Shown here: positions 13,116 to 26,410 of the stretch, piece by piece
Layout of the letters: every line of letters begins with the position of its first letter
How positions within the stretch are numbered: position 1 is the first letter of the stretch
DNA from: Octopus vulgaris
Lineage: Eukaryota
Direction: 5' to 3'
Assembly (NCBI GenBank): GCA_951406725.2
Contig: OX597818.1
Span: forward strand, 12,090,001 to 12,154,000
Length of the DNA: 64,000 bases
Made by a program: the position numbers and the translations under genes
The notes under the pieces: generated by a model
Told to the model about the DNA's origin: nothing
Seen by the model: only the letters and a program-made list of their open reading frames with translations
Databases searched by the model: none

Positions 13116-14423
13116 CAAATGTTGGCAATGTTGATTTCAGTATATAGTTCAACTTCTCTTGATAAAGGAATTGTGTTTTGCCAAGTACTGGTTCGGTAGA
13201 AACTAGATTTCTCTTTATCATATGTGTGCTCAGTGTCTGTGTTTTGTTATTGCATGACTTGATATACGTTATTTTTATTTATTGTAAAGGCAGGTAGTAA
13301 CAATTTCAAAATAGTTACGGCTGGATAGAGAGAATGGTTAAAGAATCATTTCTGGAGTTTCCCCAGATAAACTGTTTTATCACGAATGATGAACTATTCT
13401 TATCTTTCGTTTGCCTGTTTATCCCATTTTTGTCAAACGTCAAGTGTCATAGGTTTAACACACGGCTATTATATACGTATAACACACACACACACACTCA
13501 CACACACGCGCACACACACACACTCACACTTAGACACATGTATATATATAATTTCATTTCTTCCTCACGGCAAAATTATTCCATTTTGTGAATTGTATTT
13601 TTATACTATTTGCTGAATAGACCATCAAGAAGTTCCTGGATTCATATATATATGTATATGTATACACACACACATATATATGAGTGTGTGTGTGTGTGCA
13701 TGTGTATGTGTGCGCTTGTGTGTGTGTGTGTATGTGTATGCGTGCGTGCGTGAGTGATTGAATACAGGGACGTTATTCGTATGGAAAACATTTAGTTGAT
13801 TCAGAGCTGACTCACTTAATGAAGCGGGCAAGAAAACTTTAATAATTCGTGACTTTCCAAGGAACGAGGAACGGAAAGTATTTGATCATTGCTTAAATCT
13901 GATAACCCCCACCCCCACCCCAAAAAAACCCACAGGGTTGACAACTCCGGAATCTCAATTCATTGAAATTAGAATTACGCGTACAGTGAACGGTAAAATG
14001 TTTAGCATAAGAACTGATACCAAATTTATCTAATCTTTGAGCGGTGTAGGCTGACATAATTAATGCATGTAGCGTTAAAAACTGTCAGAAATAGATACGT
14101 TGTGAAGAGAAAAACCCGCATCCTTGATTATTAATCATTGTAACCATGTTGTTATTGTATGTGCTATTTGAAAAAGGCCAATGGTTAAGTGAATACCATC
14201 GCAGTAGCGGATAACTAAGAAATGCCGCTAAGCATTTTATTCGGCGTGCTATAACGATTATTCCAGCTCGATGCCCTCATGGTGATGTTGATTATGATGA
14301 TAATGGTTTAAAATTTTGCCACAAGGGTAATGAGGTTGGGGCAGGAGGATAATCGTTTACATCAACCCCAGTTCTCAACTGGTACTTCTGTTAAGGCTCA
14401 AAAATAAAAAAAAAAGAAAAAAG

Positions 14424-14626
14424 AATTTCAAATTTCGACACAAGGCTAGCAATTTCGCTGGGAGCGGGTAAATGGATTACATCGGCTCAGTATTCCACTG
14501 GTACTTATTTTATCGGCTCCGAAAGGATGAAAGGCAAGGCTGACCTCGGCGGAATTTGAACTCAGAACTATAAGATGGATGAAAAGCACCTAAGCATTTT
14601 GTCCAGTGCGGTAACGATTCTGCCAG
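14424..14626 (-). mobile_element. tRNA-derived SINE family B (representative copy)
   Basis: Diagnostic core GAGTTCAAATTCCGCCGAGGTC...CCTTTCATCCTTTCGG...GATAAAATAAGTACCAG. Other copies lie near 21066-21285(-), 21438-21632(+), 25300-25512(+), 27203-27418(-), 31925-32125(-), 32250-32455(+), 43575-43780(-), 50470-50860(+), 51720-51942(+) and 62560-62965(-). Confidence 0.85.
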
Positions 14627-15646
14627 TGTTTTTCAGTAAATTCATTGAAATATGGGTAAGAATTACGTGAATAACTCGAGAATGATTGTCAATTGATCAG
14701 CTATCCTGGAATCTGAGCTGTGGCAGTCAATGGAGTTGGAGTGCGATGATAAATGCATTAGGGAGGTAGGCGAAAGCTGTAAAAAACTGGAAGACGTGAA
14801 GGCAGGATTGGGAGAAGGGGAGATGAAGCATATTAAGAAACTTAGCTGAGTTTAACTGACCTCGGTTGTAAGCCATTTAATGTGAAGGGACTTTTGAATT
14901 ACACGGTATAATTTTTTTTAGCTCGACCATAATATTTCAGCGTCACGTACTTTACCCACGCCGGCAGATGAAAGGCATGCAGGATTTAAATTCAAGACGT
15001 AAACATCTGTAACTAAATACTCTAAATGCATTTACTGTAAATACTAAATACTGTTCATCGCTCTTACTGTTTTCAACCACTTACAGCTTCCAAGGAAAAG
15101 TCTCTTACAGACGGCTATCATCTTTTGAAATAGCAATTAAACTCGCTGTTCTCTTTCTGTTTTTAATACCAGGTCAACTTGTCATTTGTGGCGTCATTTA
15201 CAGATTTAGAACTATCGCATACAATACATCACGGCTCTGACCACTGCAATAGTTTATTTTGGCATATTTCCGTGGTTTTTTTTTTTTTTTTTTTTTTTTA
15301 TCTTGGTAGCATAGTTTTATGGTTTACTAAACAGTGTTTTCTTTAGATTTGCAGTGTTTTGTTCTCTGCATCAGGTCTATTTCCAACCACTATTTCCAAT
15401 CTCATTCCCATACCGACTTCATTATCTTTACTCCCCAGTTCTTTTCAGTCAACCCTTCTCAGCTGCTGCAGTCTATTTCTAATTCTTGCCAGGTAATTAA
15501 TTCTGTAACCCAACTCTTGCGCCGGCGGTTTCTTTTTTTGGGTGATAGAGTAAATTGGTTTCCCACCGTTTTGACTTTAGGAGAGATATATTATTAGATT
15601 TCTAATAGTTATAATCACATTCTTGATATTATTATTGTGGTTTGCA

Positions 15647-15707
<61 letters not shown>
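15647..15707. repeat. (ATT)n microsatellite
   Basis: Direct reading. Confidence 0.95.
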
Positions 15708-15907
15708 GGATAGAAAACTAAGCAGCATTTCTTCCGGTTCTTATAGTGCCTCTTGTTATCATTATCGTTATGGCTGTTGTGTCTGCAAGAAGTTCACTTC
15801 GAATATCTCGTAAATTTTGTTTAAGTCTATTCGTGTTTCAAATATCTATATTTAAAACTTTTGCTCCTTGCGTCAAGGGTTGTGGGGAATTACTCGGCTT
15901 CCTTATA

Positions 15908-17190
15908 CGAGGGACGTTCAATAAGTAATGCCCCTGACACATTTGCAGTTGTTTGATCTAGCTGAAATTTTGCATGTGCAATCATTTATATCTCTATAGA
16001 GTAAGTGACAAATTACAGCTCTGAACTAATTGTGGTTTATGATTTACAGGTGTTTGAACTGAGTCAAGTGTGAAATGGAGCTTGTTGAGTGTCGAGCAGT
16101 GATCCGGTTTTTGTATTTGAAAGGACGCACACCACGGGAGACTTTTGATGAAATGAAAGTAACTTATGGTGATGATGCCCCATCATATGACCTTGTAAAA
16201 CGCTGGCATCGTGAATTCAAACATGGTCGGAACTCTGTGGAAACAGCTCCCAGATCTGGTCGCCCCGCTTCTGCCATTGATGAGGCATCTGTCCGTCAAG
16301 TTGAGGCTGCCATTTTGGAAGATCGACGCATAATTATTCGCCAAATAGCCCATGAGGTCAAGATTAGTACCGGGTCTGTGCAAACTATCATTCATGTCGA
16401 TTTGCATATGCAAAAGGTGTCTGCCAGATGGATTCCCAGGTTGCTCACACCTTTCCAGAAGCAAGAACGCGTCGAGTGCTCGAGGATGAATTTGGAGATG
16501 TGCCAAGAAGATGAGTCAAAATTTTTCAAAAGACTGATTACAAAGGATGAAACCTGGGTCCATCACGATGATTAGAGACCAAAGCCCAGTCAATGCAGTG
16601 GAAGCACCGTGACTCACCCCCTCCAAAGAAGGCAAGGGTGCAGCCCTCCGCTGGCAAGGTCATGCTCACAGTCTTCTGGGACCAGGACGGAGTAGTGATG
16701 ACAGATTTCCTGGCAAAGGGTACCACAATTACAGGAGCCTATTATGCTTCACTTTTGAGGAAATTAAGAGAAGTTATCAAAATCAAGAGGCGGGGCAAGA
16801 TCAGCAAAGGCATCCTCCTCCTGCAGGACAATGCTCCGGTCCACAACTCGCTTGTCGCCAGATCAGAAGCACAGGTGTATGGCTATGAACTCCTCCCCCA
16901 TCCCCCTACTCTCCTGACCTTGCACTCTCTGATTTTCACCTCTTCCCAGTCATGAAGTTGTTTTTGAAAGGAAAGCGTTTTCCAGATGATGCAGCCTTGA
17001 TTTCTGAAGTCACGTTGAGGTTGGAGGACCAAGCTGGGTTCTTCTACAAAAACTGTCTCCAGAGCCGCATCAAACGATGGGAGAAATGCGTAACTCTGGG
17101 TGGTTCCTATGTAGAAAAAGACTAATAACTGTGCCAAGTTTCGTTGCTCTACTTCTATAGGAAGGGGCATTACTTATTGAACGCCCTTCG
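15908..17190 (+). mobile_element. Full-length mariner transposon (DD34D), 1283 bp
   Basis: 28-bp TIRs CGAGGGACGTTCAATAAGTAATGCCCCT / CGAAGGGCGTTCAATAAGTAATGCCCCT (2 mismatches). TA duplication at 15906-7 and 17191-2. Confidence 0.97.
16075..17125 (+). pseudogene. Mariner transposase with two 1-bp frameshifts
   Basis: Motifs WIPRLLT, ITKDETW and QDNAPVH...PP/YSPDLALSDF, with 34 residues between the 2nd and 3rd Asp. C-terminus GGSYVEKD*. Frameshifts near 16573 and 16905. Confidence 0.95.
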
Positions 17191-19789
17191 TATTTCCATC
17201 CTTCGGAGTAGAATTTGTGATTTATTTTGTAACATTTGGCCATTTCTTTAAAATTTCTCAAGAAAGCATGGTGTCCAATTCTTCGACAAAATGTCTGAGG
17301 AATAAGATCAGCTATTCGAAGAAGTTTTTTGAGTCTCCCCACCTTTAAGACAAATCACCATCACCACCACCAGTGCCGACATAAGCAACAACAACAACAA
17401 TTTGCCGGATGTTAGCTGGACAATCAATTTAATTCACTTTGACTGGACTAATAGTCACTGGTATAGCTAAGAAGTGGGTATATACGCTATATCGCCGAAG
17501 TCGTAGGTAAGGCAACTAGATGGTTTTGAATAAAGAGAACGGGTATATGATTAATTGCTGTAGGGATTAGATCAATATCAGCTGAGCCAAATGACTGACA
17601 AGTATTTGATGTTGAAAGACTCAAATTCCCTCCGAACTCTTGAATGATACTAATGATGTGTTATATTACATTTGATAGATCTGTTTTGAAATCTAAACCT
17701 GTGTGTGAGTATGCTATAGAATATAAATTCTTGATTTATTAAAATCATTTTTACCAGCAGAGGATGCGTCACAATTATAAAAACGACAATTGAAACTAGC
17801 TTCGTGTAACAATTATCTCACCTTTTCACATTGCCGTTTGGTAATTGTAGCACATCATCTAGAAGCGAAAATGATTTTAAATTATTTATGTTGTATGGTC
17901 TATGTTGTATGGCCACTCTGAGTTATTTTTCCTTTCTCGCTTTCTTTTTTAATTTGTTCAAACTCCCTTTTTTGTAAAGGTATAACACATTTGGCAACTT
18001 GCCATGCTAATGTCGCCTACTGCGGTAGAAACACGGCTCTACGACTGTCCTCTTGTCTCCTCATAATAAGCCCGTCCTTTCCTGTAATGGCGTGTCAGCT
18101 TTGGAGAATTCACGCTTCTTTCTCATATGGAACTTTAGATGCCATTCAACAATTGAGGCGGAGATAATTTTAATTAATCAAGCAATTATGTTTTATGGTA
18201 AGTGATATACCTTCATCGTGTAAATGAATAATGTATGTATATGTATGCATGTGTGTGTGTGTGTGCGTGCGTGTATCACTTTTCCACAAAGAAACGTACT
18301 TAGACATGGATTTAATAGTTATATAATGCTGAGATGTTATTTAGGAACGTTTATAATAGTAAGGTTTTTGTTGTTGCTTTACACCAGATAAGTTTTTATA
18401 GAGCAGATAGCCACCATTTCAAACCTGACTATACCGTATTTTTATCTGAAATACTTGTACACTAAACGTTATCTGATATTCTTTTAGAAAACATTATAAT
18501 GCGATTCGAGGATAATTTGGTTGCTATTTCTTGTTGCTCGACCGTTCATGCAGATGTTCTTCCTTTCACAAATGACGGAAAGATGGCGGTAGAAATAAAG
18601 TATCAAGTTACCTACCAACAGGTTGTAGGTTTAAATCCCCTATAAATATTTTATTGTAGTTCTATGTAGAATTCTTTGTATTAAATAGTTTTGGTTGCTA
18701 AAGTTCTTTAGCCTCGATCAAATATTTCTATGATCAAAACTGTTCCATCTATGATTAACCGTAGTCTTAGTTTCCAGCAATCGTGTTTTAGATTGCATTA
18801 TCTAGAATATATTTATTCTAGATTATAGGGTGTGACATGAAGGAAATTTGGCTGCAGTTCAAGCAATCACGCAGAGGCTTAACGGCATGAGACAGGAGCT
18901 GCACACTCACAGAGACATATATAAATACTTCTCTCTGCCTGCCTGCCTGCACCTGACTGTCTAAACATACACATATAGTATCAATGTTAAAATTTAGGTT
19001 TTAACTTTGGAGTTCGCTTTATTAAGCTCGTCCGTGGGTACCAGCTATGAGACACAAGTAAAGAACCGGAATAGTTTTACTGATGATATAGCTGAAAATC
19101 CATAATTAACCGTAGAGTTTATCTATCTTGAAAAATGTCTGTGTTTTCTTATCCGAGAGAATGAGAGAGCATGATAGATGATTCTGTTAGTAGTTCACAC
19201 TTAACTAAATGATGACGAAAATTTTTAAATATGTACTCAATATAACGCACATTATCAAATTACGGAGAAGGCAAGAAATTATGCGTACAATTTCTTCAGT
19301 AACACTGGTTATTATTAGACGAATCTCCTACTTAATTTCTCATTTATATGTTCGTTTAATTATTAATTTTTTTTTTCACGATTATTTTGTTCTCTTGGAT
19401 TCATTCTATATTTTGACCTGTTAATTTGAATTTGTAGTTACGTTTTGCTTTAAGTATGATATGCAAATGGATTGATAAGAACAACTTGAACGGACGATAT
19501 TTGTTTTTGAAAATAAAAATTCACCCAGCAAATGGTTTTTATACCTAAACCTGAGGAGCAGGTAGTTTTGCAGTGTTAACCGTTGCTGTGTATTGTTACA
19601 CATATTATACTGTATGATAATAATATAGCAAATCGCTTCTGATAAAGTATCGATAAAACAAATGTAAAGTTATATAATAAAAGAATTGCACACACAAACA
19701 CAAACACACACACACGTATAAATACAAACATACAGACACATGTATATGTCTGTACATGAGTATATGTGTGCATATATATATATATATAT

Positions 19790-19904
19790 GAATACAAACT
19801 GGGACAAGAACGCAAAACATTTAGAAAACGATACAAAAAACACGGACGGGACATTCGAAGCCTTCGATCTTCAGTCAAGAACCGGATCATCCTCGCAATT
19901 TCGG

Positions 19905-19907
<3 letters not shown>
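19790..19907 (-). mobile_element. Short repeat fragment abutting (TA)n, probably a PLE terminal-repeat 3' part
   Basis: Reverse complement AGCCGAAATTGCGAGGATGATCCGGTTCTTGACTGAAGATCGAAGGCTTCGAATGTCC matches 45281-45400(+) and 45540-45606(-). Confidence 0.65.
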
Positions 19908-19949
<42 letters not shown>

Positions 19950-20735
19950 CTTATCTTAAAAAATACTTTTATATACTAAAATTCATAATAGCTGAGTTAT
20001 ATTTGTAGTGCTTATACGATAGGCACATTCTCAGAAACATAAAAAAAAAATAAAGAAAGAAAGCCAGAAACATGTATCTTGCTGAAATGTGAACAAATTT
20101 TTTATGACTTTTCTGTCAGTGAAAAAAGAAATGTCATACAGAAATAAAAGATTTTTCGAAGTTAATTATATTCCAAATCTAAAAATAGTACTTTATTTCA
20201 ACTTAGAAAACTAGATTCTTATATATATTGGTTTCAAATTTTGGCACCAATCCAGCAATCTTGTAGGAAGTGGGCTAGTCGATTATACCGACCCCAGTGT
20301 TCAACTGGAACTTATTTTATCGACCTCAAAAAGATGAAAGGCAAAGTCAACCTCAGCGGAATTTGAAGTTAGAACGTAAAGACAGATGAAATGCCACTAA
20401 GTATGGTAAGTTATACAAAGGCGAAACATGTCGCCCCCTCAAAATAAGGGTAGAGGAACATCGCAAAGCTGTGACACGGGGAGATATTGATAAATCATAG
20501 CTGATCATGTATGGAAAAATAGAGACCACTTCTCTCTGTGGGATGAAGTTAAAGTAATAGACAGAGAACACCACTGGAAAATACGAAAACTAAAAGAAGC
20601 AGCACGTATGCTAGGACAGAACAACCTCCTAAGCAGACCGAGTGCAGATATGAACAGCATATGGGAACCAGTAGTAAGGAAGGATAGGAGAATATTAGAT
20701 TTATAAGCCCTAAAATTCATTCCATAGTTACCCAC

Positions 20736-20808
20736 GGGCATATGGGGCAGTGGTTAAGAGCGCGGGCTACTAACTCCAAGATTCCGAGTTCGATTCCAGC
20801 CAGTGACC
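20736..20808 (+). promoter_or_regulatory. tRNA-like segment with Pol III A and B boxes (not a functional tRNA)
   Basis: A-box-like TGGGGCAGTGG, anticodon-loop-like CTACTAA and B box GAGTTCGATTCC at tRNA spacing. The acceptor stem pairs poorly. Confidence 0.7.
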
Positions 20809-20876
20809 TGAATAATAATAACAAAAAAAAAAAAAAATACCTTAGGAATGAGAACCCAGGTTCAAAATTTCCCCAA

Positions 20877-20922
20877 AACACCTGATGAAGGCTGGAGGGT
20901 ATATCAGCCGAAACGCTGTGTT
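20877..20922 (+). ncRNA. Minimal type I hammerhead ribozyme (cleavage-site U mutated)
   Basis: AACAC-CUGAUGA-A-GGCUG(loop)CAGCC-GAAA-CG-CU-GUGUU. Stems I and II are perfect, but it has GCU instead of GUH. Confidence 0.8.
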
Positions 20923-21696
20923 AACAACAAACAAGATGAGGACAAATATCCGTCAAATATAAATAATGTACGTAATTCCTCATCTCTTAAATATAGAACT
21001 GTACTAAGTATTTTGTCCGGAGCAGTAACACAACTGCCAGATCGTCGCATTAGACTGTTATATACATTGGCTTCAAATTTTGGTACAAAGCTAACAAGGT
21101 CGGGGGAGGGGTAAGTCGGTTATTTACCTCAGAGTTCAACTAGTAATTATTTTATTTAGCCCAAAAGGATGAGAGGCAAAGTCAGGCTTAGCGGAATTTG
21201 AACTCAGAACAAACATAAAGACGGATGAAATAATGCACCTAAGTATTTTGCCCGACGTGCTAACGATTCTGCCAGCTCACTGCACCTTACGCTAATATAT
21301 ATTGGAAATGAATATATTCCAGACAGAGAGGAAATATTTTTTCTTTGGCTTTGCATTTTAGCAGATGTCTCGAAAAGTATGAAAATAAACCAATATTTAA
21401 AGTGATAAATATATTCCAATAGAAAAATGTCCAGAAGACATGGCAGAATCGTTAGCATGCCGGACAAAATGCTTAGTGACATTACGTATTTACGTTCTGT
21501 GTTCAAATTCCGCCGAGGACAACTTTCGCTTTCATCCTTTCGGTGTCGTTAAAATAACACCAGTTGAGCACTGGAGTCGATGTAATTGATTTACTTCCAT
21601 CCCTAAACTCGCGAGCCAAAATTTGATACCAGTATAATGGCTAAGACGAAATTAAAAGTGGTACATTTTACTATTTGCATATATAATGAAATAATA

Positions 21697-21945
21697 AATG
21701 TGCCCTTTTAAAGCCTAGCCAGGCTCATGGGCCCGGTTTCCCGGTTTCAATGGCGTATAGGTTCTCCAGCTGGACGGAACGCCAGTCCATCGCAGCGTTA
21801 CTCATTTTTGCCAGCTGAGTGGACTGGAGCAACGTGAAATGAAGTGTTTTGCTCAAGAACACAACCCGTCGCCCGGTCCAAGAATCGAAACTACAATCTT
21901 ACGATAATGATGCGGACACCTTAACCACTAAGCCACGCCCCTCCA
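21697..21945 (-). mobile_element. tRNA-derived SINE family C
   Basis: Minus strand begins GGAGGGGCGTGGCTTAGTGGTTAAGG (A box)...GTTTCGATTCTTGG (B box)...TGTTCTTGAGCAAAACACTTCATTTCACGTTGCTCCAGTCCACTCAGCTG. Relatives lie at ~22550-22718(-) and ~41457-41760(+). Confidence 0.85.
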
Positions 21946-22041
21946 ATTTGCATATATAACCAGTACTTATTTCCACCTTAGCCATGGTTGTATTTCCATA
22001 TACATAAATTGGGCACAATATTCTCATTGCATTTTCTTACT

Positions 22042-22271
22042 ATTACTCTTTTACTCTTTACTCTTTTACTTGTTTCAGTCATTTGACTGCGGCCATGCTA
22101 GAGCACCGCCTTTAATCGAGCAACTCGACCCCGGGACTTATTCTTTTGTAAGCCCAGTACTTATTCTATCGGTCTCTTTTGCCGAACCGCTAAGTAACGG
22201 GGACATAAACACACCAGCATCGGTTGTCAAGCAATGCTAGGGGGACAAACACAGACACACAAACACACACA

Positions 22272-22330
<59 letters not shown>

Positions 22331-22493
22331 GACGGGCTTCTTTCAGTTTCCGTCTACCAAATCCACTCACAAGGCTTTGGTCGGCCCGAGGCTATAGTAG
22401 AAGACACTTGCCCAAGGTGCCACGCAGTGGGACTGAACCCGGAACCATGTGGTTGGTAAACAAGCTACTTACCACACAGCCACTCCTGCGCCT
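22042..22493 (-). mobile_element. Full-length SINE family A (best-preserved copy)
   Basis: Head AGGCGCAGGAGTGGCTGTGTGG (A box)...GGTTCAGTCCC (B box), internal (TA)n, and (AGTAAAAG)n tail. Other copies lie near 7770-7925, 25025-25225, 35960-36290, 45990-46165, 53025-53450 and 61880-62080. Confidence 0.92.
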
Positions 22494-23368
22494 ATTTGTA
22501 AATTTCGAGTGATACCATCACGTTTTCTAGGCGGCAGGTCAACCTTCTCCCCCGAATGGAACGACAGTCGGTTGCAAGTTTACCCGTTTATAGATAAGTG
22601 GAGTAGAGCAACGTAAAATGAAGAGCTTTGTTCAAGAACACGACACATCACCGTTGGGAATCGAAGCCATGATCTTGTGGTCGGGAGTGCTACACCCTAA
22701 CCACTAAGTCACGGGCCTTTACTATATCTATATGTGTATGAATTCCGCCAAGGTCGACTTTGCTTTTCATCCTTTCGGGGTCGATAAATTAAGTACCAGT
22801 TAAGCACTGGGATCGATGAAATCGACTTAATCCGTTTGCCTGTCTTTGTTTGTTCCTTCTGTGTTTAGCCCCTTGTGGGTAGTCAAGAAATATCTATCTA
22901 TCTATGTGTGTGTGTGTGTAATCTTACACATACGCACATACACTCATACACACGCCACACCCATACTCACTTTCCATTTTAATACTGCTGTGCTTTACTA
23001 CCACCACCACCACCACCACCACCACTACCATGCTGTCGCTGCCGTCACAGCCACCGCCACCGCCACAACTACCACTGTCACTGCCATCATTCAGCAAGTA
23101 ATTCAGCATCAGCTGCAAATTTTCTTTTAATTAGATGATTCCATGGGAAAACATAAAAGTAAAACTGTTGGTGACCTCGATGACCTGATGAGGTAATTCG
23201 TGGAGGTCGTAGGTCATGGTTTCACTACTTGATAGAAGCTGATAAATATACTATCAGCTTTCGTACATATATGTGTGAATATCTGTGTACATCTCTGTAT
23301 TTGGTGTAAATGTTTGCCTCTGTGTGAATGTGATGTTATACATGTATAAATATGTATATATGCATGCA

Positions 23369-23405
<37 letters not shown>

Positions 23406-25599
23406 GCGTTTTTATGTATGTATATATGTACACGTTCGTATTTGTATATGTGTTTTTGAGTGTATACATATAGTCTCGTATGTTCGTATGTATTATGTTT
23501 ATGTTGATATGTGTGAATAGGTACTTGTGTTTGTGTATAAAGTAGGATATACATATATACGTGTATGTTTATGCGTGTATACATTTATATTTATACATAC
23601 GTACCTACGTACAAAGAAAAACACACGCACACAAATATATGAATGTATATAGAAGGACGTATTCGAAAGTGTGTATGTGTGTATAGTTATATTTGTGCTC
23701 GTGTCGACTTTAGTACTTGACTAATTATTTTTAATAGTTTAGTTAGAAGAGGTGTCGAGGATAGCGCTCATTACTTTTTCCAAGGTCTCTGGGACAGGTG
23801 CGGGGGAAGTTGCGTCCAGACCGGAACCCTTGTTCAAATGATCGCAATACAGTGGACTCTGCTAAAGACACTCAAGATCCACGTGGTACTGCTTAACTGA
23901 GCGATGACTTAAATCTAAGAACAGGGGCGATTTATCTGATGGGCTTCTACAAAGTTTCCATCTTTAGAATTTCATTCACAAGACTTCGGCCGATACGAAT
24001 CTGGTAAAAGACACTTGCTCAGGGTGTCACGCAGTAGGATCGAACATCACACTATATCATTGTTATTTACTTTATCACTCTTTTAACTAAGATTTAAGAA
24101 TGTAGCTAATTATTACATTTACTGCAGTATTTCACTTCTTTTATTTTATTGACCCCAGAAAATGAAATGGAACTCGAAACATAAAGCAGTATAAATAATA
24201 ACAGCTTAGCTTTTAGAATCATTGTTATAGAAAGGCATATAATGCATACTTTTTATCAAGCCCCTAGATATGAAATGCAATGTCGACATTGACATTCGAT
24301 CTCAGAAGTCAATCTGTCCGACGTTCTATTACTTCAGCCTTCATCAACGATAAAAAGCAATAGAATCATATCGAATCATCAGTGTAGATGACATTAACTC
24401 GAGGTTAGCATCTGAATATGAGATATTATGGATATCTCATCTGATGTATCTCAAATGAAACTAGGCATGGCGCGCAATGCTAAAATGTGTAGGGCATCAC
24501 AGTACTTAAAAATTTAATTTTTTAAATTCTTTTCCTGTAGTCAGGAAGAAAAGATAGTGGCCATGACCCTGTAACGATAGGATCTCAGAGACTGGTGGGT
24601 GGGAAACGGAAATATACAATCAAACCAGAAATTGGCTTGGAACCTTGCAACAGAGTGGACTCTGTAAAGGCGACACAAGTTGCCTAGTGGTAGTATTAGA
24701 ACAGTTAAGTTTTCCAGCTGAGTAGACCTCAGCGTAATTTGAACTCAGAACGAAAAGAGAACTAATGAACCTACGTGAAAACAATAACTACTAAAATACC
24801 AACATAGCGTAAGTTATGAATAAATGTGTGGATTCATATCTATAAATACATAGTGTTTCTTATATCCCTAAGGACTGAATTCTTTTCAAGGATGCAGTTA
24901 CTGCAGACCAGATGTCATTTATTGCATCATGTTTTGGAAAATTTTTTGTATTTTAAAATTATTCCTAATAAAACACTTCGGTTTTGTAGAAGGTCAGCAG
25001 CTAATCAGAGCTGAAGTCACGTGAGAGGCGTGGCTGTGCTTCCCAACCTCATGGGTCCGGGTTCAGTCCCACACTGTGGAATGTTGGGTAAATATCTTCC
25101 ACCACAGCCTCGGGCCGACCAAAGCCTTGTGAGTGGATTTGGTAGACGAAAACTGAAAGAAGCCCGATGTGTGTGTGTCCATGTTTGTCTCCCCACCCCC
25201 CATCACCGCCTGACAACCGGTGTTGTGCTCGATTCAAAACCCTTTTGGATAGAAAAAGTAGAACGTTGCCTTCGACTTTTTCTGTTCAATATTTACATAG
25301 GGCAACGAGCTGACAGAATGTCTAGTACGCCGGGCGAAATGCTTAGCGGCATTTCGTCCATCACGTTCTGAGTTCAAATTCCGCCGAGGTCGACTTTGCC
25401 TTTCAACCTTTCGGGGTCGATAAAATAAGTACCAGTTGAGTACTGGGAGTCGATTTAGTTGACTTACTCCTTCCCCGAAATTGCTAGCCTTGTGCCAAAA
25501 TTTAAAACCAATATTTACACTCTATTATTTCTAGTTTTATCTATTTCGAAGTCTATGATTAAAAACGAATTATTTCTCACCCCTTGAAGTTTCTAAATT

Positions 25600-25930
25600 T
25601 TTTTTTGTGATGCAAAAGTTGAGTTTGAAGTTAGAATAAACACTTTTAAGCTGACCTCTATATGGAATATGTTGCCAGGGTGAGTATTCCAGAAGGATAA
25701 TGTTCTAAGTAAGCAGGACTGGACGAAGCGTTTAATGCGTGGCATGGGTAGTGGAACATAAAAGTAATAGATTGCAGGTGTACCGAGTGGTCTTAGGTAA
25801 ATGTGATACGCAACTATTAAGAGACTGTGTCGCTCTATTGCCTTTGTTATATTCACTGTATACAATGGAAACAATATTGTTAGCATTTAAAATGTTGGCG
25901 ATTGTGAAGGGCTTAACTGTATCAAGTTGT
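25600..25930 (-). mobile_element. Decayed CR1/L2-type LINE 3' fragment
   Basis: VPLPMPRIKRFVQSCLLRTLSFWNTHPGNIF resembles the SF.PRT..LWN.LP C-terminal motif of CR1-group ORF2. Confidence 0.5.
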
Positions 25931-26177
25931 TGTTTCATTTCCAGATCAAACTTTGCTGGAACCACTTTTACCTTTCATCCTTCTTAGCCGATAAATAAGT
26001 ACCAATAGTAGACTATTGTTAATCAGGCCAACTGCATCTCTTTACTGAAACTCACATGAACAAATTTCGTAAGCAGAAATAATTACTACTTGTGTCAAAT
26101 GCAGCAACTTTCTTTTTAAATAATCTACGCCAGCGACATCTGTGAAGAAGTATTTGGCTGAAAAAACTTTAATAAAT

Positions 26178-26410
26178 CCTTTGTCTGAAGTAGTCTTCGT
26201 CTGAAACAACTTTGAAGCAACATTTATCTAAAGAAATAACTTCGAAATAACCTTCGTCTGAAACAAATTTGAAATAACCTTCACTTGAAGCAACTCCCAA
26301 AAAACTTTCGCTTCTGTCAGTTTTGAAACAATCTATATTTGAAGCAACGTTAAAGCAACCTATATATGAATCATCACTGAAGAAACAAACGCCAGAATCA
26401 ACTTTGAGGC
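26178..26410. repeat. Degenerate minisatellite, ~26-bp period
   Basis: Recurring AACCTTCGTCTGAAACAACTTTGAAGC-like units. Confidence 0.7.

Larger units (their letters stand above)
20405..21002 (+). mobile_element. 5'-truncated Penelope-like element (GIY-YIG C-terminus + terminal repeat) with 9-bp TSD
   Basis: Translates KLYKGETCRPLKIRVEEHRKAVTRGDIDKS / IADHVWKNRDHFSLWDEVKVIDREHHWKIRKLKEAARM...LSRPSADMNSIWEP. TSD ACTAAGTAT at 20396-20404 and 21003-21011. Confidence 0.9.
20228..21050 (-). mobile_element. SINE family B copy split by a PLE insertion
   Basis: The SINE runs to ...ATGCCACTAAGTAT (20404) and resumes at ACTAAGTATTTTGTCCGG (21003). Confidence 0.85.

Noticed and set aside
20736-20808. 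Functional tRNA gene
   Set aside because: Acceptor and anticodon stems pair poorly and there is no oligo-T terminator.
23181-23218. CTGATGA inside a TGACCT/AGGTCA hairpin (also 42793 and 63896)
   Set aside because: No GAAA or stem III at suitable spacing.
26178-26410. CRISPR-like array
   Set aside because: The units are adjacent and degenerate with no unique spacers, in a eukaryotic context.
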